64,000 bases of DNA from Verrucomicrobiota bacterium. Lineage in GTDB: Bacteria > Verrucomicrobiota > Verrucomicrobiia > Limisphaerales > CANJXF01. Positions 58,765-64,000 of this stretch are shown here, in pieces. The number at the start of each line of letters is the position of its first letter. Positions within the stretch are counted from its first letter, which is position 1. The notes under the pieces are model-generated. The model did no database searches. It saw nothing but the letters and a program-made list of their open reading frames with translations, and was not told the DNA's origin. The position numbers and the translations under genes are program-made. Location of the stretch: NCBI GenBank assembly GCA_038214755.1, contig JBBQRQ010000011.1, forward strand, positions 12,011 to 76,010, read 5' to 3'.

Positions 58765-58901
58765 GGCGTGTTGCCCAAACCAAGGGGAGCGCGGACAGCC
58801 TTGTCCGCGGGTTTCGAAAGGGACAAATTCCTAGCGTTTTGACCCCTTCGGATTCGCGCGGACAAAGCTGTCCGCGCTCCTTTTTATTTGGGCAACACGC
58901 C
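58765..58901. mobile_element. MITE-like element: 15-bp terminal inverted repeats around a GGAGCGCGGAC REP pair
   Basis: GGCGTGTTGCCCAAA / TTTGGGCAACACGCC; inner arms at 58786-58809 / 58857-58880; no clean target duplication. Confidence 0.7.
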
Positions 58902-59163
58902 ATTGACATCACCACCAAAGTACTGGGGCAGACATCTTGTTTGTCGTCTGGGCTTCCCGCCCCGGGTTCGCGGGCAAGATGCCCGCTCCGACAGGCTGGA
59001 AGCCTGCCCCACTAAAGATGCGCTCGTCGCGGGCGCGCCTCTTCGCGCACAACGCAGGAAAATGCTCCCGGCTAATCCTCGATACAGCCGCGCTCCGCCA
59101 ACCACCCGAAGCTCTTGCGTCGCGGGGTGAACTGTAAGATGTTCGCCGCCTGTTTACAAAAAT

Positions 59164-60366
59164 ATGGATACGTTACCCACTGTTTTACTAAGGCCGGGAG
59201 AAGCGGACCGCATCGTCGGCGGACATCCCTGGATTTATCACGGCGCGATTCTTCGCCTCACCGCGCCCGCCAATGACGGCGACCTCGTCCAGGTTAAAGA
59301 TCATCGCCAGCGTTTTATCGGAATCGGTTTTTACAATTCAAAATCAAAAATCAATGTTCGCTTGCTTGCGCCCGACCGCGTGGATGTGACGCGGGAATTT
59401 TTCGAACAGCAAATTCGCGCGGCGCTCGCCGTTCGGAAAAAACATATGCCGCAGGCGACGTCCTTTCGCGTGGTCAATGCCGAGAGCGATTCGTTGAGCG
59501 GGTTGATCATCGACAAATACGAAAACGTTTTGGTCATCCAAACTTCTTCGCTCGGCATGGACCAGCGCAAGGCGATGATCGTGGCCGCGCTGCAAAAAAT
59601 CTTTTCGCCGGTCGCCATCGTGGAACGCAGCGAAAGTTCCTTCCGAAAATTTGAGGGGATGGCTGACGCGAATGGAGTTCTGTTCGGCAAACTGGATGGC
59701 CCGGTGAAAATCAAACTCAACGGGCTGCAATTCGAGGTCGATATTTCCGGCGGACACAAAACCGGTTTGTATCTCGATCAACAGGTCAATTATCAAAATG
59801 TCGCGGAGCTGATGAAAGAGGGAAGCGTGCTCGACTGCTTCGCGTTTCTCGGCGGTTTTGGTTTGCACGCCGCTCGCGCCGGCGCAGCGAAAGTTCACTT
59901 GCTCGACCAAAGTGCGGATGCCATTGCGGCAGCGACCCGCAATGCGGCGGCGAATAATTTGTCCGCAAAATGTTCGTTTGAAACGGTGAATGTTTTCGAC
60001 TGGCTGAAGGCGCAAACCGCCGTCAAGCCGCACGAAAAAGTCATTCCGAAATTCGACGGAATCATTCTCGATCCGCCGTCGTTCACGCGCAATCGCTCCG
60101 CTATTCCCGACGCCATGCGGGGCTACAAAGAAATTCATTTGCGCGCCCTGAAACTTCTGCGCACCGGCGGAACTTTGGCGACGTTTTGTTGTTCCCATCA
60201 TGTGAACGCGGAATTGTTTCAGGCGATTATTTTGGAAGCGGCGTTCGATGCGCGTCGCGTTTTGCGGCGGGTCGCGGCTTACAGCCAATCGCCCGATCAC
60301 CCAATTATTCCCGCGATTCCAGAAACGGAATATTTAAAGGGTTTCGCGTTTGAAATTGTGCGTTGA
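59164..60366 (+). CDS. rlmI: RlmI-like class I SAM-dependent rRNA methyltransferase
   Basis: GHPWIY (PUA domain), ESDSLSGLIIDKY, GHKTGLYLDQ, ILDPPSF, PETEYLKG. Confidence 0.8.
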   Translation: MDTLPTVLLRPGEADRIVGGHPWIYHGAILRLTAPANDGDLVQVKDHRQRFIGIGFYNSKSKINVRLLAPDRVDVTREFFEQQIRAALAVRKKHMPQATSFRVVNAESDSLSGLIIDKYENVLVIQTSSLGMDQRKAMIVAALQKIFSPVAIVERSESSFRKFEGMADANGVLFGKLDGPVKIKLNGLQFEVDISGGHKTGLYLDQQVNYQNVAELMKEGSVLDCFAFLGGFGLHAARAGAAKVHLLDQSADAIAAATRNAAANNLSAKCSFETVNVFDWLKAQTAVKPHEKVIPKFDGIILDPPSFTRNRSAIPDAMRGYKEIHLRALKLLRTGGTLATFCCSHHVNAELFQAIILEAAFDARRVLRRVAAYSQSPDHPIIPAIPETEYLKGFAFEIVR

Positions 60367-60369
60367 ACG

Positions 60370-60604
60370 AAAGTGCTGCCGACATTCTGTCGGCAGAAGA
60401 GCGCCGGGTCGCATCTGCCTCCGGCGGTCCGAAGAAAACGGGTGGGAACGCCGATCTCCTGATCGGCCCGTAGAATATCCGCGAAGAACCGATCAGGAGA
60501 TCGGCGTCCGGAAAATTTACGCACACCCGCCGGAGGCAGATGCTACCCGGGCGATTTTGCATTCTCGCCCAAACTTTCTGCCGACAGAATGTCGGCAGCA
60601 CTTT
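60370..60604. repeat. Triple-nested palindromic element
   Basis: Arms at 60370-60398/60576-60604, 60404-60427/60527-60550 and 60448-60466/60489-60507. Confidence 0.9.
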
Positions 60605-60649
60605 AAAGTCGCGACGAATCAGTTGGTTTGAATAAGCTGCGCTCAGCAA

Positions 60650-61906
60650 ATGAATCGTAAATTTTTGACGCTCTTAGTTTTGTTCAATGTCGCTTTGCTC
60701 GGCGGCGGATTTTATTTTCTCAACAAAATTTCGCCCCAATCGTCGCCGCGCCAAGCGTCTTCCGCTGACGGTTACCGGGAAACTTTGAAGTTTCCGAAAA
60801 GCCGAACGCCAAAAAAAGATCCCGCCCTCTCCTCGAAAATTATTTACGTCACCAACCAATTCAACTGGCGCGAAGTTGAGTCGAGTGATTACCGGAAATA
60901 TATTGCGAACCTGCGCGCCATCGGCTGTCCGGAAAGCACGATCAAGGACATTATTCTCACCGACATCATGAAACTTTACGCGGCGCGGCGCGGGCAGTTT
61001 TATCATAACGGACGCGAATTTAAATTTTGGGAGACGGACGAAAAACGGAAGCTGAACGCCAGGCAAATCGAAGAACGCGAAAAACAATTGGCGGCGATCG
61101 ACAAAGAAATCCCGGCGGTGCTGCGCGATTTGCTCGGCATCAATTATGAGCGGGAGATCAACAAATATTTTGTCGATGCGAACGAGGAAGAACGGCGTTT
61201 GAGTTTTTTGTCGGAAGAAAAAAGAAATCAGGTTCTGGCTCTGCGCGATGAATTTGAAGGAGTTCAGGAACGAATTCTGGAAGCGAGCCATGGAAGTCTT
61301 TCGGCGGCGGACGTGGATGCATTGCGAAAAGTTGAGGCGCGTCGCAATGAAGCGCTTGGGAAAATTTTGAGCGGCTCGGAATTTGCCGAGTTTGAATTGC
61401 GGATGTCGCCGGTGGCTGACCGATTGCGGGATGAGTTGATGGGATTCAATCCGAGTGAGGCGGAGTTCCGCCAGATTTTTGAAATGGAGAAAGCGGTTGA
61501 AGAAAAATTTGCGTTCGTAGATTCCAGCGATGAAAAAATTTTGCGCGAAAAAGCGGTGGCGCAAAAAGAGATTCGAGACGAACTCAAACGGCAATGGGGC
61601 GACGCGCGTTACGCGGATTACGAGCGGGCACAGAATCCGGACTTTCGCAGCGCGAGCGTGTTCGTGGAGGTTTACGAATTGCCGATTTCGACTGCGCAAA
61701 CGATTTTCGAAATCAAACAAATTGCGGAAGCGGAGCGACGAAATTTGTTGAGCAATACGGCGATTCCCGAACAGGAACGTCGGGGAGCGTTGGCAGCCAT
61801 TCAGGCGGAGACTGAAAAGACTTTGCGCCAGACGATGGGAGCAAAAGTTTTTTCCAACTACACGCAAAGCTCCGGCAAATGGATCCAAAATCTTGGCGCA
61901 AACTGA
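60650..61906 (+). CDS. Membrane-anchored alpha-helical hypothetical protein
   Basis: N-terminal TM; FNWREVESSDYRKYIANLRAIGCPESTIKDII; E/R/K-rich helices. Confidence 0.82.
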   Translation: MNRKFLTLLVLFNVALLGGGFYFLNKISPQSSPRQASSADGYRETLKFPKSRTPKKDPALSSKIIYVTNQFNWREVESSDYRKYIANLRAIGCPESTIKDIILTDIMKLYAARRGQFYHNGREFKFWETDEKRKLNARQIEEREKQLAAIDKEIPAVLRDLLGINYEREINKYFVDANEEERRLSFLSEEKRNQVLALRDEFEGVQERILEASHGSLSAADVDALRKVEARRNEALGKILSGSEFAEFELRMSPVADRLRDELMGFNPSEAEFRQIFEMEKAVEEKFAFVDSSDEKILREKAVAQKEIRDELKRQWGDARYADYERAQNPDFRSASVFVEVYELPISTAQTIFEIKQIAEAERRNLLSNTAIPEQERRGALAAIQAETEKTLRQTMGAKVFSNYTQSSGKWIQNLGAN

Positions 61907-62049
61907 CGGGGTAGCATCTGCCTCCGGCGGGTGCGGGAACGCCGATCTCCTGATCGGCACGGCAAACCATATTCGCCGCAACGAGCCGATCAGGAGATCG
62001 GCGCTCCGAAAAAATAGCTCCGCACCCGCCGGAGGCAGATGCTACCCCG
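61907..62049. repeat. Nested REPINs filling the gap between convergent genes
   Basis: Outer CGGGGTAGCATCTGCCTCCGGCGGGTGCG pair; inner arms at 61936-61958 / 61985-62007. Confidence 0.9.
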
Positions 62050-63097
62050 CCAGGAGTTCCCGCTGCCAGTTCATCAGTTCTTTGGAGTGATGGTCCCAAT
62101 CCTGCGCGAGCAATCCCAAAATGGCGCGGCTGGCAATGAGCGTGGGATCGATTTGTAATTTACTGGCCGCGGCGTCGCGACGATGACTCAGTTCCTGGAA
62201 GCGGCGTTTCTCCGAGTCGGTCGGACGCGGCGTGACGACGTGAACAAAGGGCGGATGATCAGCGGGCGAAATTTTCAAACCGCGCTCGACGGCTTGCTCC
62301 AGTTCTTTGGCGCGACGGGGATTCAAATGGCGCGGCAACAAGTCCAACCAATTGCGAGCGGTCCCAGCAGCAGCGGCGATTTCGACGAGCACTTCGTGAC
62401 TTAAAATAAAATACGGCGGCTTGTTCGCGGCGACGGCTTCGTTCTCTCGCCACCGCCAGAGTTCGCGCAGGACAGCGAGAGGGCCGCGACCGAGTTTGCT
62501 GCTGCCTTTGATTCGCCATGATTCAACGTCGGCCGCAGGAAATTCCGCGCAATCCGCAACCAGGCGCGCGCAGGACTGGTCATGCCACGGGAGACGTTTT
62601 TTTTCTTCCAGTTTGGCCCGGAGAATATCCGCCAACGGCTTGAGATAACGGGTGTCATTACGAGCGTAGTTTTCCATTCTCTCGGTCAGCGGACGTTTCG
62701 CCCAATCCGCTTTTTGCGAACCTTTTTCCAGGTCGATGCCGAGGAAATTTTTCACGAGAGCGCTCAGGCTGAATTCTTTTTCGCCGAGCAAACGGGCGGC
62801 GAGCATCGTGTCGAAAATTTTTTCAGGAACGAAATCGTGGTTCTTTCGCAGCATTCGCAAATCGTAATCAGCGGCATGAAAAATCAATTCGTGTTTCAGC
62901 AACTCGTTCCACAAAGGCGCGAGATCGATTTTCGCGAGCGGATCAATTAAGTCATCGGCGCCGGCAAAACTGATTTGCAGCAGGCAAAGTTTTTCTGGAT
63001 AGGCGTGAAGACTGTCGGCTTCGGTATCGAGCGCGGCCCATTCGGCGATGCGCAATCGCGGCATGAAGTCCGCTAATTTTTCGTTCGTATCGATCAC
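62042..63097 (-). CDS. rnd: Ribonuclease D with HRDC domain
   Basis: ALDTEADS, LCLLQIS, FHAADYDL, FDTMLAA, DWAKRPL, YARND; HRDC WRE..A...NKPP. Confidence 0.9.
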   Translation of the reverse strand: MIDTNEKLADFMPRLRIAEWAALDTEADSLHAYPEKLCLLQISFAGADDLIDPLAKIDLAPLWNELLKHELIFHAADYDLRMLRKNHDFVPEKIFDTMLAARLLGEKEFSLSALVKNFLGIDLEKGSQKADWAKRPLTERMENYARNDTRYLKPLADILRAKLEEKKRLPWHDQSCARLVADCAEFPAADVESWRIKGSSKLGRGPLAVLRELWRWRENEAVAANKPPYFILSHEVLVEIAAAAGTARNWLDLLPRHLNPRRAKELEQAVERGLKISPADHPPFVHVVTPRPTDSEKRRFQELSHRRDAAASKLQIDPTLIASRAILGLLAQDWDHHSKELMNWQRELLAG

Positions 63098-63235
63098 GGC
63101 AGAAAACTAAAAGGCGAAGGAAAAATTGCAAAAGGCAAATGTGTAGAAAAGCGACGGGACGTAGGATGCTGCCGCAACCCGCACGCGAGGCTGGAAGCTC
63201 ACGCCGCTTGGCGAGAACGTTCAGTGAACAGAAAC

Positions 63236-63441
63236 ACTCGCCCTCACCCCGTCGCTCTGCCCCGAGGAGAGGGAGAATCGTTCGTCGTGTTTGGCACTAA
63301 TCGACCCGCTGGGTTGGGGTGCGCTTTCTTTTGCAAATGACCAGAAGGCGGGAATAACCCAACGATCTTCCGAACTTCCTCGAGATGGCGATCCATGTTC
63401 CCTCTCCCTGGGGGAAGAGGGTGAGGGCGAGCAATCTTCTC
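63236..63441. repeat. CCCTCACCC/GGGTGAGGG REP doublet
   Basis: CTCGCCCTCACCCC...GGAGAGGG and CCCTCTCCC...GGGTGAGGGCGAG; a related half copy lies at about 44184-44228. Confidence 0.75.
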
Positions 63442-63455
63442 ACTCAACCAAAATT

Positions 63456-63483
63456 TTTGAACTTTGAACTTTGAACTTTGAAA
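63456..63483. repeat. TTTGAAC heptamer tandem repeat
   Basis: TTTGAACTTTGAACTTTGAACTTTGAA. Confidence 0.8.
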
Positions 63484-63498
63484 TTATGTTTTGCGGAG

Positions 63499-64000
63499 AT
63501 GAATTTAGTTCGCGCCTTTGCCGACTCCGCTAAGAAAAATTCGCAGAACACCGCGCTGTTCTGGGGCGACGAATCATTTTCTTACGAACAACTTTGGGCG
63601 CAGTCGCTTTGGGTGGGGGCGCGATTGCAAAATGATTTGGGCGTGAAGACAACCGACCGCGTCGCGCTGTTGCTGAAAAATTGTCCGCAATTTATCCCGG
63701 CGCTCTTCGGCGTTTTGCAAGCAGGAGCGGTGGCGACGCCCATCAACAATTTTCTCAAGCCCGATGAAGTGAATTTCATTTTGGCCGATGCCGGAATTGA
63801 TGTGGTCATCACCGATGCGACGATGAATGAAGCCTCGGCGAAATTACTGGAGCTGCGTCCGCAACTGAAATTTCTGCGCGTGGAAGAAATTCCAAGAGGG
63901 GATGAGGTAGGGCGCGGGGCCGCCGGGGGGGCGCGCCCCGGGCGGGCACCACCCGCGCCCCGCGGGGGGGGGGCCCCCCCGCGGGGCTGGGTGAAAAATA
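63499..64000 (+). CDS. Long-chain fatty acid-CoA ligase / AMP-binding enzyme (3'-truncated)
   Basis: MNLVRAF...SYEQL...DRVALLLKNCPQFIPALFGVLQAGAVATPINNFLKPDEVNFIL; not in the ORF track because no stop is reached. Confidence 0.85.
   Translation, partial: MNLVRAFADSAKKNSQNTALFWGDESFSYEQLWAQSLWVGARLQNDLGVKTTDRVALLLKNCPQFIPALFGVLQAGAVATPINNFLKPDEVNFILADAGIDVVITDATMNEASAKLLELRPQLKFLRVEEIPRGDEVGRGAAGGARPGRAPPAPRGGGAPPRGWVKN

Noticed and set aside
60674..61981. 435-aa minus-strand ORF
   Set aside because: Antisense shadow of 60650-61906 that starts inside a REP and has no protein-like motifs.
63905..64000. Extremely G/C-rich tail as a G-quadruplex or a sixth coding REP insertion
   Set aside because: It starts with GTAGGGCGCGG, so a REP is possible, but the homopolymer runs at the sequence end look like low-quality read-through and cannot be trusted.
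1..64000. tRNA, rRNA, riboswitch, RAYT/IS transposase or integrase
   Set aside because: None recognised by eye; the intergenic hairpins are explained by repeat families. An Infernal/Rfam scan would be needed to exclude ncRNAs.

Overview
A 64-kb bacterial window, most likely Verrucomicrobiota (Pedosphaera/Limisphaera-like). This is inferred from the H-X9-DG prepilin paralogues, the PEP-CTERM protein and the many Thr/Asn-rich secreted proteins; no marker gene is present. Bases 1-19.7 kb are an accessory surface-protein region. It holds three type IV pilin-like H-X9-DG genes, each next to a large secreted beta-rich protein ending in a shared ~65-80 aa 'FYR' domain, plus a GH144-type glucanase and a PEP-CTERM protein. 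Bases 20-64 kb are mostly housekeeping: ade, a hybrid kinase, korA/korB, a MacAB-like transporter, D-aminoacylase, rlmN, an lpoB/ycfL lipoprotein operon, ylbF-lgt-miaA-ubiE, a CDF transporter, galK, an rlmI-like gene, rnd and a partial acyl-CoA ligase. Two small islands interrupt this part: a secreted caspase-fold protein cassette between korA and korB, and a toxin-antitoxin pair bounded by a 61-bp duplication of the galK 3' end. The most striking sequence-level feature is about 25 palindromic REP/REPIN-, MITE- and heptamer-repeat elements. They nest up to three deep and sit in frame inside at least five genes (GH144, ycfL, rlmN, ubiE, miaA). No tRNA, rRNA, CRISPR array, transposase or integrase was recognised. 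All family assignments are from motif recognition by eye; no searches were run.
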